Positions 12,120-22,802 of a DNA stretch of 64,000 nucleotides are shown one piece after another. Positions within the stretch are counted from its first letter, which is position 1. Each line of letters begins with the position of its first letter. The stretch is from an uncultured delta proteobacterium (GTDB lineage Bacteria; Myxococcota; Myxococcia; Myxococcales; Myxococcaceae), in NCBI GenBank assembly GCA_963771175.1, contig CAVYSY010000038.1, forward strand, positions 1 to 64,000, read 5' to 3'. A program made the translations under genes and the position numbers. A model generated the notes under the pieces. The model did not search any database. It was not told where the DNA came from and saw only the letters and a list, made by a program, of their open reading frames with translations.

Positions 12120-12416
12120 ATGGCGGACGACGACCCCGTGGAGAAGATGCACCAGCGAGAGCGGGAGCAGGAGCGGCAGCGGTTGCGCGAGTTGGAGGCC
12201 AAGGACCTGGAGGTGGAGTCGCGGCGAGGCCCGCGCCCGCTCGAGGGCTTCGCCGGGGGCCACACCACCTGGGCCAGCAAGCAGGACGACGAGGCCGCCA
12301 CCGAGTTCCACGCCCACGACGCGGAGGAGTCCTCGGAGGAGAGCGAGGAGCAGGTGGCGCGCCTCTCGCCAGAAGGTGGCGAGCCCGCGCGTGGCGACGA
12401 GGAGCCCCAGACGTAA
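12120..12416 (+). CDS. Small acidic hydrophilic hypothetical protein (98 aa)
   Basis: Strong RBS GAGGAGG, MADDDPVEKMHQRE..., GC3-rich codons. Confidence 0.7.
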   Translation: MADDDPVEKMHQREREQERQRLRELEAKDLEVESRRGPRPLEGFAGGHTTWASKQDDEAATEFHAHDAEESSEESEEQVARLSPEGGEPARGDEEPQT

Positions 12417-12516
12417 CCAGGTCTGTGAATTCCAGGAAAATTGAAAATCGCCACCTTCACGGTTCTCTCTTTTTGAGGTAGCAAGAAGCTCGCCCTTCCC
12501 CCCTGGAGGCGAGCCC

Positions 12517-14484
12517 ATGCTCTCCCGCCTGAAGTCCTCGTTCAGTCCCCTCCTGCTGCTCACCCTCCTCCTGCCGACGCTGGCCTGGTCCCAGGGGGTG
12601 CGCTTCACCACGCTGGACATCGGCCAGGGCGACTCGGCGGTGCTCATCGCCCCCGGTGGCTGTGCGGCGTTGTTCGACGGCGGCCCCACCGGCTCGGGCG
12701 CCACCATCAAGGCGTACCTGAAGTCGATGGGCGTGACGCGCATCGACATGGCGTTCATCTCGCACATGCACGCCGACCACATGGGCGGTATCGACGAGGT
12801 GGACGTGGGCACGGACGCGGTGCCCATCACCAACGTGTACGACCACGGCGGCACGTACTCCTCCACCGCGTACACCGAGTACAACACCCACTTCGCCGGC
12901 AAGCGCGTCACGGCGCGCAAGGGCGACGTCCTCAACCTGTGCGGCCAGGTGCAGCTCGAGGTGATGGCGGCCGCGGGCAACGGCGCCTCCCTGACGGATG
13001 AGAACGCCAAGTCGGTGGTGGTGAAGATTTCGTATGGCGCCTTCGACGCGGTGGTGGGCGGCGACCTCACCGGCACCACCGAAGACATGGAGACGGGCAT
13101 CGCCACGGCGGTGGGGCCGGTGGAGCTGTACAAGGTGCACCACCACGGCTCGCGCTACTCGTCCAACAACACCTTCCTCGATGCCACCCAGCCGCTCGCG
13201 GCCTTCATCTCGGTGGGCAAGGACAACACCTACGGCCACCCCACCGCCGAGTGCCTGAGCCGGCTGACGGCGCACAACACGGACATCTGGCAGACGGAGG
13301 ACCCGGCCACCAACTCGGTGCGCGGTCACATCGAGCTGAACACCGCGGACGGCAACACCTTCGTGGTGACGCAGGGCACCAACAGCGTCAACTACACCTC
13401 GAAGGGCGGCGGCACGCCTCCGGGTCCGGACACCACGCCTCCCACCGCGCCGGGTGCGCTGGTGGCCAGCGCCGTGTCCTCCACGGAGATCAGCCTGAGC
13501 TGGAACGCCTCCACGGACAACGTGGGCGTCACGGGCTACCGGGTCTACCGCAGCACCAACGGCACCAGCTTCTCGCTGGCGGGGACGTCCACGACCACCG
13601 GCTTCTCGGACATGGGCCTGTCGGCCAGCACCACCTACTGGTACCAGGTGACGGCCGTGGACGCCGCGGGCAACGAGTCCTCGCCGGCCAGCGCCTCCAC
13701 GACCACGCCCGCGGTGGGAAGCCTCACCGTCACCAGCCCCAATGGCGGCGAGAGCTGGGCGGGAGGCAGCGCGCGGAACATCACCTGGAGCTCCAGTGGC
13801 ATCTCCAACGTGAAGCTGGAGTACTCGCTCGACAACGGCTCGTCGTGGACGGTGCTCGCCAGCAGCGTGGCCGCGTCCACGGGCAGCTACACCTGGACGG
13901 TGCCCACCTCGGCCAGCACGGCGGCGCGAGTGCGCGCGACGGATGCCTTCGGTTCGGCCTCGGACATCAGCGACGGCACCTTCACCGTCACCGTGCCCGC
14001 CGGTCCGGCCAAGGTCATCATCAACGAGATTCTCGCCAACGAGCCCGGCTCCAGCACCGCCGGTGAGTTCGTGGAGCTGGTGAACGTGGGCGGCACGGCC
14101 ATCGACATCAGCGGGTGGGTCATCCGCGATTCGAGCGCGGTGGTGCACACCTTCGCCGCGGGCACGACGCTGGGCGCGGGCAAGGCCATCGTGGTGTTCG
14201 GCTCCGCCTCCGGCATTCCCGGCGGGACGCCCAACGCGGTGGCCTCCTCCACCGGCTCGCTCAGCCTGAACAACACCGGCGACACGGTGACGGTGAAGAC
14301 CTCGTCCGCCAAGAACGCGACGACGATCAACTCGTACACCTACGCCAGCTCGCTGGCCGCGCAGGACGGCGTGTCGATGAACCGCAGCCCCGACGCGAGC
14401 GCCACGGGCGGCTTCGTGCTGCACACGAGCCTCTCGTCGCTGAGCGCGTCGCCGGGTGAGCGCGTGAACGGCGCCGCCTTCTGA
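12517..14484 (+). CDS. Secreted ComEC-like MBL-fold hydrolase + FN3 + Ig-like + lamin-tail domain (probable extracellular nuclease)
   Basis: Signal peptide; LDIGQGDS, SHMHADHMGG, GGD, KVHHHGS, NTYGHP; DTTPPTAP..WNASTDNVGVTGY FN3; VIINEILAN..EFVEL lamin-tail domain. Confidence 0.9.
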   Translation: MLSRLKSSFSPLLLLTLLLPTLAWSQGVRFTTLDIGQGDSAVLIAPGGCAALFDGGPTGSGATIKAYLKSMGVTRIDMAFISHMHADHMGGIDEVDVGTDAVPITNVYDHGGTYSSTAYTEYNTHFAGKRVTARKGDVLNLCGQVQLEVMAAAGNGASLTDENAKSVVVKISYGAFDAVVGGDLTGTTEDMETGIATAVGPVELYKVHHHGSRYSSNNTFLDATQPLAAFISVGKDNTYGHPTAECLSRLTAHNTDIWQTEDPATNSVRGHIELNTADGNTFVVTQGTNSVNYTSKGGGTPPGPDTTPPTAPGALVASAVSSTEISLSWNASTDNVGVTGYRVYRSTNGTSFSLAGTSTTTGFSDMGLSASTTYWYQVTAVDAAGNESSPASASTTTPAVGSLTVTSPNGGESWAGGSARNITWSSSGISNVKLEYSLDNGSSWTVLASSVAASTGSYTWTVPTSASTAARVRATDAFGSASDISDGTFTVTVPAGPAKVIINEILANEPGSSTAGEFVELVNVGGTAIDISGWVIRDSSAVVHTFAAGTTLGAGKAIVVFGSASGIPGGTPNAVASSTGSLSLNNTGDTVTVKTSSAKNATTINSYTYASSLAAQDGVSMNRSPDASATGGFVLHTSLSSLSASPGERVNGAAF

Positions 14485-14485
14485 T

Positions 14486-15500
14486 TCAGGTCCTCGGGGC
14501 GGGTGTCCCGGCGCGCAGGTCCAGCACCGCCGCGCCGCGCACCCGTCCCGAACGCAGGGCCTCCAGCGCCTCGTTGGCGGCCTCCAGCGGGAAGGGCTGC
14601 ACCTCGGTGTGCACCGGCACCTGGGGAGCGAGCGCGAGGAAGTCCAGTCCGTCCCGCCGGGTGAGGTTCGCCACCGAGCGCACCACCCGCTCGCCCCACA
14701 GCAGCGCGTAGGGGAACGCGGGGATGTCGCTCATGTGGATGCCCCCGCACACCACGGTGCCGCCCTTCACCACGGCGGCCAGCGCGGCGGGCACGAGCCC
14801 TCCCACGGGAGCGAAGAGGATGGCCGCGTCCAGCGGCACGGGAGGCAGCACGTCCGAGTCCGCCCGCCCACACCGCCCCCAGCTCCAGCGCGAACTGCCT
14901 GCGCGGCCTCGTCTCCCGGGCGCGTGAAGCCGAACACCCGCCGCCCCTGGTACCGGGCCACCTGGATGATGACGTGCGCCGCCGCGCCGAAGCCGTACAG
15001 CCCCAGCCGCTCCGCATGCTCCCGGCCATGCGCAGGCAGCGGTAGCCGATGAGCCCCGCGCACAGCAGCGGCGCGGCCTGCAGGTCCGGGTAGCCCTCGG
15101 GGATGGGGAAGCAGAAGCGGTGGTCCGCCACCGTGTAGTCGGCGTAGCCCCCGTCGAGCTGGTAGCCGGTGAAGCGCGCCTGGTCGCAGAGGTTCTCCCG
15201 GCCGGAGCGGCAGTAGCCGCACGTGCCATCGCTCCAGCCCAGCCACGGCACTCCCACCCGAGTGCCTGGAACGAAACCGCGGGCCCGCTCGCCCGCCTTC
15301 ACCACCGTGCCGACGATTTCGTGCCCCAGCACCAGCGGCAGCTTGGGACGGGTCAGCTCTCCGTCCACCACGTGCAGGTCCGTGCGGCACACCGCACACG
15401 CGTGGACCTTCAACAGGAGTTGCTCGGGAGCCGGCTCCGGAATGGCCCGCTCCTCCAACCGGAGCGGCTGACCGGGAGCCTGGAGCACCATGGCGCGCAT
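14486..15500 (-). CDS. Zinc-dependent alcohol dehydrogenase family protein (frameshifted)
   Basis: VCRTDLH, GHEIVG, CGYCRSGRENLC, APLLCAG, GLYGFGAAAH, SVANLTRRDG. Confidence 0.9.
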
Positions 15501-15770
15501 GGGGTTCGTCCCCCGGGGCCCATCGGAAAAAGGAGCGCGACCGACACGGGTTCGCCTGCCCCACACCCATCCAACCGGTACCCACCCCATCCCGCACCGG
15601 ACTCCACCTACGCGTCCCGTGCCGGGCACGCATCCGAAACCTGGGGACGGTTCTTCCGAGTACCACCCCCCCACTCACGTTCGCCCGTCCAGGGGGCGGG
15701 TTGCCGAGCGCGGGCACCGGGCACCTGCCCGACGAGAAGACCCGGGCCCGCGGGGTGGAGTACCTCGGCC

Positions 15771-16265
15771 TCAGTCCTCGAGGAGGGACTCGAAGACGAG
15801 GTCGCCCGTCAGCGTGAAGACGAGGCCGGTGCCGAGCTCGCCCTCCTCGTCGTCACGGCCCACGTCGACGGTCTTCTCGTCCTCCTCCCACTGACCCAGG
15901 TAGTACTCGCCCGCGGCCGCCATCCACGCGCGGTCCTCGGCGACGATCGTCTCCACCGTGTCACCCTTGTCGCTGGTGGCGGTGTACACGGTCCACTCCA
16001 TCTCCTCCTCCTTGAGGTGGGAGATGACCTCGGCGAGCTCCTCGTCCTGCGGCATGCCCCCCGCCTTCTCCTCCACCTTCCACTTGCGCTCGTCGGCCTT
16101 CGGCTTGCGCGCGTGCCAGCCCTTCAGCAGGTCACGCAGACCCTGCTCGGCCTTCTCCTGGAGGGACTTCATGTCCCCGGGCAGCCCGGCCTCGTCCAGC
16201 GCCATCAGCGCCGTCTCCAGTTGAATCGCCTTGAGGGTCCACTCGTTCATCGCCGTCTTCAGCAT
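15771..16265 (-). CDS. Acidic hypothetical protein (164 aa)
   Basis: Clean ORF with typical codon bias and GGAGA RBS; no recognisable motif. Confidence 0.7.
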   Translation of the reverse strand: MLKTAMNEWTLKAIQLETALMALDEAGLPGDMKSLQEKAEQGLRDLLKGWHARKPKADERKWKVEEKAGGMPQDEELAEVISHLKEEEMEWTVYTATSDKGDTVETIVAEDRAWMAAAGEYYLGQWEEDEKTVDVGRDDEEGELGTGLVFTLTGDLVFESLLED

Positions 16266-16496
16266 CGCCGTCCGTCTCCTCGGGCCACGTCGGGCCCACC
16301 ATCCATCCCGAGGACTTCCCTCGGGCAGAGCGCGTGCCCCCTATCACGTTCCAGCGCCGTGTGGGGTCGTCAGGCCTTTTCCTCCGGGTAGTGTAGGACC
16401 GGGCAACCTGAGAGACAGTCCACGGAGCCGCACTCTCCCCCTGGGGGCCTCTTCCTTGCGCCGCCGGAGAGGGCGTTACAATCATGCCGGGCACCC

Positions 16497-18071
16497 GTGA
16501 CCCCCAGGAGGGCCCAACCACTGCTCAGAGCCCTGTGCGTCGCTCTCGTCCTCGTCTGTCCGCCCGCCTTCGCGCAGGAGTCGCCGCCCGAGGAGCCCCA
16601 CGGGCTCGCGGCGGTGAAGGCCCGGGGGGAGCTGTTGTGGGGAGCCGACGCGCAGGGCGGCGCCCCCTACGTCTTCCAGGACCCGATGGAGCCCAACCGG
16701 CTCATCGGCTTCGAGGTGGATCTCGCCGACGCCATCGCCGGGAAGCTCGGCGTGCGAGCGAGGCCCGTGCTCGGCCCCTGGGACTCGCTGCTGGAGCTGC
16801 TGGCCCGAGGCGACTTCGACGTGGCGCTCAACGGCATCGAGGTGGCCGAGGAGAAGAAACGCGTCTGCGAGCTCTCGCGCCCCTACTACGCGGCCGGGGA
16901 GCGGCTCACCATCCGTCGGGGAGACACGCCCGCGCCCCACGTGCTGTCCCAGACGAAGGGCCGTCCGGTGGGCACCCTTCCCGGCTCGCTGGCCGAGCGC
17001 ATGCTGCGCCGCGAGGGGGCACTCGTGAAGACATACGAGGGCGGCCAGGATGAGATCTACGCGGACCTGAAGCTGGGCCGCACGGACGCGGTGCTGCTCG
17101 ACGATCCCATCACCCGGTACTACGGCGCCATCGAACCGGAGCTGGAGGTGGTGCCGGGCACCTTCGGCGAGGTGCGATACGCGGTGGCGGTGCGGAAGGA
17201 CGAGGACTCGCTGCGCGAGGCCATCGACACGGCGCTGGAGGAGCTGGCGCGCGACGGCACGCTGCGGACCATCTACGAGCGCTGGGGCCTGTGGAACGCG
17301 GAGACGGCGGAGCTGCTGGGCGACCCGAACCCGAGCCCGCGCGGAGTGCCGGAGCAGTACGAGGCGTGGCGGGCCGCGGTGGGCAAGGTGCCGCCCTTCT
17401 TCGAGCGGGTGAGGGAGCGCTATCCGGCCACACTGGCGCTGTTCGCTCACGGGGCGCTGATGACGCTGGGGGTGTCGCTGATGGCGATGGCCCTGGCGGT
17501 GGTGGTGGGCATGGTGCTGGCGGTGTCGCGCGTCTACGGCCCCCTGCCGCTGCGCTGGCTGGCCATGGCCTACATCGAGGTGGTGCGCGGCACGCCGCTG
17601 CTGGTGCAGCTCACCCTGGTGTACTTCGGGCTGCCGCAGCTCGGACTGCGGTTGAATCCGCTGACGGCGGGGGTGCTGACGCTGGGGCTCAACTACGCGG
17701 CGGCCGAGGCGGAGAACTACCGGGCCGGACTGTCCAGCGTGCCCGCGGGCCAGCACGAGGCGGCGAAGGTGCTCGGCCTCTCGCGGTGGCAGACGCTGCG
17801 GCACGTGGTGATGCCCCAGGCCGTGCGCATCTCGCTGCCGCCGATGACGAATGACTTCATCGCCCTGCTCAAGGACAGCTCGCTGGTGTCGCTGGTGACG
17901 CTCACCGAGCTCACGCGCACGTACCTCAACCTCGCCAACGCCATGCGGGACCACCTGGGCCTCGGCCTCCTGGTGGCCGCCATCTACCTGCTGCTCGGCC
18001 TGCCCTTCGCGCACCTGGCGCGCACGGTGGAGGCCCGGCTCGGCCAGCACCTGAAGGGGGTGGCGCGATGA
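16497..18071 (+). CDS. Polar amino acid ABC transporter, fused substrate-binding + permease
   Basis: GFEVDLA..I SBP_3 domain; YIEVVRGTPLLVQL, AAEAENYRAG, EAA..LGLS, LLKDSSLVS permease motifs. Confidence 0.92.
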   Translation: MTPRRAQPLLRALCVALVLVCPPAFAQESPPEEPHGLAAVKARGELLWGADAQGGAPYVFQDPMEPNRLIGFEVDLADAIAGKLGVRARPVLGPWDSLLELLARGDFDVALNGIEVAEEKKRVCELSRPYYAAGERLTIRRGDTPAPHVLSQTKGRPVGTLPGSLAERMLRREGALVKTYEGGQDEIYADLKLGRTDAVLLDDPITRYYGAIEPELEVVPGTFGEVRYAVAVRKDEDSLREAIDTALEELARDGTLRTIYERWGLWNAETAELLGDPNPSPRGVPEQYEAWRAAVGKVPPFFERVRERYPATLALFAHGALMTLGVSLMAMALAVVVGMVLAVSRVYGPLPLRWLAMAYIEVVRGTPLLVQLTLVYFGLPQLGLRLNPLTAGVLTLGLNYAAAEAENYRAGLSSVPAGQHEAAKVLGLSRWQTLRHVVMPQAVRISLPPMTNDFIALLKDSSLVSLVTLTELTRTYLNLANAMRDHLGLGLLVAAIYLLLGLPFAHLARTVEARLGQHLKGVAR

Positions 18072-18752
18072 TTCGCGTCGAGGAGGTGCGCAAGCGTTTC
18101 CCCGGAGCGGCCTCGGCCACCCTGGACGGCGTGTCGTTCACGCTGGAGACGGGCCGGCTGGCCGCCATCCTCGGGCCGAGCGGCTCGGGCAAGTCCACGC
18201 TGCTGCGCTGCATCGTGGGCCTGGAGCGGCCGGACTCGGGCACCATCCATCTGGGCGGGCACGCGGGGCTGGTGTTCCAGTCCTTCGAGCTGTTCCCCCA
18301 CCTGACGGCGCTGGACAACTGCACGCTGGCGCAGCGGCTGGTGGCGAAGCGCTCGCGCGCCGAGGCCGAGGCACGGGCCCGCCAGTTGCTGGAGGAGCTC
18401 GGGCTGGGAGCACCGGATGGACGCGTACCCGGAGATGCTCTCCGGAGGGCAGCGGCAGCGCGTGGCCATCGCGCGGGCGCTCGCCATGGAGCCGGCGGTG
18501 CTGCTGTACGACGAGCCCACGAGCGCGCTGGACCCGTCACTGCGCCGCGAGGTGGTGGAGACGCTGCGCCGGGTGGGCTCGCTGGGGATGACACAGCTCG
18601 TGGTGACGCACGACGTGGCACTCGCGCGGGCCTCCGAGATGGTGCTGGTGTTGGACCAGGGGCACCTCGTGGAGCTGGGCCCGCCCGAGCAGGTGCTGGA
18701 CACACCCCGACACGAGGCCACGCGCCGGCTGCTCGCCCAGGCCCACGCGTGA
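18068..18752 (+). CDS. Amino acid ABC transporter ATP-binding protein (frameshift ~18412)
   Basis: [50 protein letters not shown] overlap with the permease. Confidence 0.9.
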
Positions 18753-18920
18753 CCCTCGGGGCACAGGGGTGAGCGGCCTGATTCGCACGCCCCGCATGTA
18801 AGAAACGCCGCGGGTCCCGTCTTTTATGGCTGGGCTCTACCTGGCCCAACGAGGGCCGGTGGGGCCCGATGGGCGAGAGCTTCGCCCATGACTCGCTGTG
18901 AGAACGAAGAGAGAGAAGCC

Positions 18921-20115
18921 ATGAAGGCAAGCACGTCCTTGGTATCGTGGAAGGCCCTGTCGGGTTCGCTGCTGGCTGTGCTGTTCTGTGCGGGGTGCTC
19001 GGGGCAGGAAGGCGTGGAGGATGGGCAGGCCTCGCGGACGCAGACGCAGGTGGCGCTGGGCAGCACCGCCACATCCGTGAGCAGCGGCCTCTACCATTCG
19101 CTGGCCCTGGGCTCCAACGGCACCGTCTGGGCCTGGGGTGACAACTCCTTTGGCCAGCTCGGGGATGGGACGACCACTCCGCGGAGCACTCCGGTGCAGG
19201 TGTCGGGCCTGAGCAACGTCGTGGCCATCTCCACCCAGGGCGAGCACTCGCTCGCGCTGGACTCGAGCGGCAACCTCTGGGCCTGGGGAAACAACGCCTT
19301 CGGACAGGTCGGGGACGGGACGACCACGAACCGGCTCGCGCCGGCGCTGATCCTGAGCAACGTCACGGCCATCGACGCCGGTGGCCGCCACTCGCTCGCC
19401 CTGCGACTCGAACGGCAACGTCTGGGTCTGGGGGGAGAACTCCTACGGCCAGATGGGGGACGGGACGACGACCTCCACTCCGAGGACCTCCCCGGGACAG
19501 GTGCCGGGCCTGAGTGGCATCTCGTCCATCTCCGCCGGGTACCGCTTCTCGCTCGCCGTGGCCTCGAACGGCACCGCCTGGGCCTGGGGTCGCAACTTCG
19601 ACAGCGAGCTCGGGGAGGGGACGAACATCGACCGGCCCTCGCCGGTGCAGGTGTCGGGCCTGACCAACGTCGTGTCCGTCTCCGCTGGGCACAAGTACGC
19701 GCTCGCCCTGGACTCGAGCGGCAACCTCTGGGCCTGGGGTGACAACAGCTCCGGCCAGCTCGGCGACGGAACGACGGTCGGCCCGCGCGCCCTGCCCTCC
19801 CAGGTGTCGAGCCTGAGCAACGTCGTGTCCGCTGCCGCCGGCGTCAGCCACTCGCTCGTGCAGCTCTCGAATGGCACCCTCTGGGGCTGGGGACAGAACA
19901 GCACCTGGCAGCTCGGCGACGGCAGCACCACGCAGCGGCTCACCCCGGTGCAGGTGTCGGGCCTGAGTGGCGTCTCGTCCCTCTCCGGCGCGTTCACCCA
20001 CTCGCTCGCCGTGCGCTCCTCGGACGGCACCGTCTGGGTCTGGGGCCAAAACAACTACGGCCAGCTCGGAACCGGAAACCCGTTCCCGAAGTTCACCCCG
20101 TTCCAGCAGCCGTAA
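18921..20115 (+). CDS. RCC1-repeat beta-propeller lipoprotein (frameshift ~19404)
   Basis: Lipobox-like CAGC; about 7 repeats of HSLAL..NG.VWAWG.N..GQLGDGT. Confidence 0.88.
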
Positions 20116-20154
20116 CACCTTCCCCGCGTCTCCATCCAAGACAAGGAGTTACAA

Positions 20155-20925
20155 ATGCTTTCCCGAATCACCAGCAGTCTGCTCGTGGCGTTCGCGATGG
20201 CGGTGGCGCTGCTCAGCGCCGGGTCGGCCCAGGCCCAGAGCTACTCCCCCTATCCCGATGGCTCCATCCTGATCGACTCCGTCTCTGGCTCCCACTACCT
20301 CATCGCCGGAGGTGCGAAGTTCTGGATTCCTTCCTCGGAGCAGCCGTACTTCAACTCCACCTACTTCACGTTCTTCGTCCCGACCAGCACCCTGGATGGC
20401 ATCACCAATTCCCCTCAGGATGGCACCACGGTGCGGGAGCGAGATACCGCTCCCGTCTATATGATCCTCGGGCACCAGAAGTGGCACGTCCCGTCGGAAG
20501 CGGAGCTGCAGTATTTCGGTGGTTGGAACTCCGTCCGCACCATTCCCCAGGGCAGCCTCAATGACTTCTACCTCTTCAGCGTCCCGGTGAACGGCCTGAT
20601 GGTGCGCGAGCGTACCAAGGAAGATGTGTACGTCACCTTCGGGGGCGCGAAGTTCTGGCTCCCCACCGAGTCGGACGTGCTGTACTACGGCGGCTGGGAG
20701 AACGTGCACATCGTGCCGGACGGCTCCACGTCCGCATTGCGGACCAATCCCGGGTGCGCCACCCGCCTGCGCGAGCGCTCCAGCGGGCTGATCTACCTCA
20801 TGAGCATCGGCGGGAAGTACCTCATCCAGAATCCCGACAGCTTCGACTGGGCCAACCACTTCGTGGTGCCGGATGGCTCGCTGAACGCGTTCCCCACCGT
20901 GACCACCCACGTCTGCCTGACCTGA
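20155..20925 (+). CDS. Secreted protein with four ~55-aa repeats
   Basis: Signal peptide ending AQA; repeats P.DG..vRER....Y....G.Kf.iP....W.....VP.GSL; RBS AAGGAG. Confidence 0.8.
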   Translation: MLSRITSSLLVAFAMAVALLSAGSAQAQSYSPYPDGSILIDSVSGSHYLIAGGAKFWIPSSEQPYFNSTYFTFFVPTSTLDGITNSPQDGTTVRERDTAPVYMILGHQKWHVPSEAELQYFGGWNSVRTIPQGSLNDFYLFSVPVNGLMVRERTKEDVYVTFGGAKFWLPTESDVLYYGGWENVHIVPDGSTSALRTNPGCATRLRERSSGLIYLMSIGGKYLIQNPDSFDWANHFVVPDGSLNAFPTVTTHVCLT

Positions 20926-20956
20926 TGTCTCCATCCGCACTCGCGGACAGCTGACC

Positions 20957-20995
20957 CGGGCCGGGCTCGACCCCACGAGGGTCCTGCCCGGCCCG
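20957..20995. terminator. Hairpin between convergent genes (possible bidirectional terminator)
   Basis: CGGGCCGGGC/GCCCGGCCCG outer stem with inner GACCC/GGGTC. Confidence 0.5.
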
Positions 20996-21008
20996 TTCAC
21001 TTCACGGC

Positions 21009-22754
21009 TCAGGTATCAGCGCCTTCCGCCTGCGCGAAGGAGGCGGGGGCCGGTTGCCCCACCTCCTTGCACAGCGCCTCCGCCTTCCTCAACTCCTGAC
21101 GGAGCGCCTTCAGGTGGTTGCGGCTCTTCACCAGCGACTCGCGCCCCACCAGGCGGAAGGCCTCCTCCCGCCCCACCTGCTGCACCGCCTCGGCCAGCAC
21201 GAAGCCCCGCAGGCTCTCGGCGAAGTCGATGTCGAGGGGGCTGCTCCGGCGCTGCGCCTCCTGCACGAAGGCACGCGCCGCCTGGCCCAGCGCCCCCACC
21301 AGTGAGCCCTGCCGGCTCTCCTCGTAGGCGAGTGCCTGCTGGACGTGGCGCTCTCGCAGTTCCAGCTCCTGCCCCACCCCGCCCTCCTGCACCAACGCCA
21401 GCGTGTAGGCGCGCCGGATGATGTTGTCGAGCTGCCGCAGATTGCCGGGCCAGGAGCACAGCTCCAGCCGCTTCTCGGCGTCCATGGACAGGCGGACCAC
21501 GCCCACGGGCTTCTTCTCCTGGTGGTGGCGCTCCAGCATGTAGCGGGCCCAGGCGGCGATCTCGTCCCGACGCTCCTCCAGCGGGGGCAACCGGACGGGC
21601 AGGACGTTGATGCGGTAGAACAGGTCCTCCCGGAAGGTGCCTCGCCGGACCGACTCGCGCAGGTCGGCGTTGGTGCCGATGATGAAGCGCACGTTGGCCC
21701 GTTGCAGGCTCGCGGCGTCCCCGAGCGTGCGGTAGGTGCGCTCCTCCAACACGTGCAGCAACCCTGCCTGCGCCTTGAGGGACAGCTTGTCGATCTCATC
21801 GATGAAGAACGTGCCGCCCTGGGCCCTCGCGAGGCAGCCGGGATTGTCCCGCACCGCGCCCGTGAAGGCGCCCCTGCGCCAGCCGAAGAGCTCTCCCATC
21901 TGCAGCTCCTCGGGCACCATCATCAGGTCCAGCGCCTCGAAGGAACCCCGCCGACGGGCGGAGCGCTCATGACACCAGCGGGCCAACCGGGACTTGCCGG
22001 CTCCGGTGGGGCCGCTGATGAGGAGCGTCTCCTCCTGCTGTGCGAAGACCCGCAGCACGCCAATCAGGTTGGCCATGGAGGCGCCGACCACGGGCAGGTA
22101 CTCGTCCGTCTCCGGCAGGGCTCCCGCATGGGGCAGGCCCGAGAGATAGGGCGTGGCCAGGTCCACGGCGAGCTGGAGCTGGAGACCCACCTGCCGCCAG
22201 ATGAACTCCTGGCCGATCGCCGCCATGCAGTTCGCCTCCAGCGCGAGCATCCCATCGATGCGTCCGCCCACTCCGCGCAGCGGCAGGACACAGACATGCG
22301 TGGTCTGGCGGCTCAACAGCCGCTGCTGGCTCTCGGGGTTGAAGACGGTGCTCCCCAGGCTCGGCGCGGTGAAGTCGCGGGAGGCCCCCTGATGAGGACT
22401 CAAGGTGCCCAGGCCCACATCGATGGAGAGGGCACAGCCATGCTCCACCACGGCGCGCCAGGCGGAGGCGGAGGCCAGCAGCGCCCCCTGGGGCTCCTCG
22501 CCCGTCTGGAGGGGCTCCTCGCCTGGAGCCGAGGCCGCGAGCGACTCCCACTCCAACGACACCAGGCGGCGATAGGCGTCCTCCGGCCGCAGGTGCACCA
22601 CGCCGCGCAGCAACCGGCCCTCCCGGGCGAAGGGGCTGGTCTCCAGCGCCTTCTCGCCCAGGAGCAACACCGTGCGGAGCACCGCGCTCGCGGCCTGCTC
22701 GAAGTGCCTCGCGGCCTGGAGCGCTGTAACGAGGGAGGGGAGCGGGTCGAACAT
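21009..22754 (-). CDS. Sigma54-dependent enhancer-binding protein (AAA+), N-terminal GAF-like region, no receiver domain
   Basis: GPTGAGKS, ELFG..GAFTGA, FIDEI, FREDLFYRINV, WPGNLRQL. Confidence 0.92.
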   Translation of the reverse strand: MFDPLPSLVTALQAARHFEQAASAVLRTVLLLGEKALETSPFAREGRLLRGVVHLRPEDAYRRLVSLEWESLAASAPGEEPLQTGEEPQGALLASASAWRAVVEHGCALSIDVGLGTLSPHQGASRDFTAPSLGSTVFNPESQQRLLSRQTTHVCVLPLRGVGGRIDGMLALEANCMAAIGQEFIWRQVGLQLQLAVDLATPYLSGLPHAGALPETDEYLPVVGASMANLIGVLRVFAQQEETLLISGPTGAGKSRLARWCHERSARRRGSFEALDLMMVPEELQMGELFGWRRGAFTGAVRDNPGCLARAQGGTFFIDEIDKLSLKAQAGLLHVLEERTYRTLGDAASLQRANVRFIIGTNADLRESVRRGTFREDLFYRINVLPVRLPPLEERRDEIAAWARYMLERHHQEKKPVGVVRLSMDAEKRLELCSWPGNLRQLDNIIRRAYTLALVQEGGVGQELELRERHVQQALAYEESRQGSLVGALGQAARAFVQEAQRRSSPLDIDFAESLRGFVLAEAVQQVGREEAFRLVGRESLVKSRNHLKALRQELRKAEALCKEVGQPAPASFAQAEGADT

Positions 22755-22802
22755 CGCCCTCCTCTACGCCGACCCGACGCCCTTCATCCAGGGAAACGGC
22801 GT

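Noticed and set aside
12457..14424. Long antisense ORFs (also 16482-18050, 29903-31897, 50260-52515)
   Set aside because: Shadow ORFs caused by high GC3 opposite well-supported genes.
19080..20080. DNA direct repeats such as CCGGTGCAGGTGTCGGGCCTGA
   Set aside because: Explained by RCC1 protein repeats.
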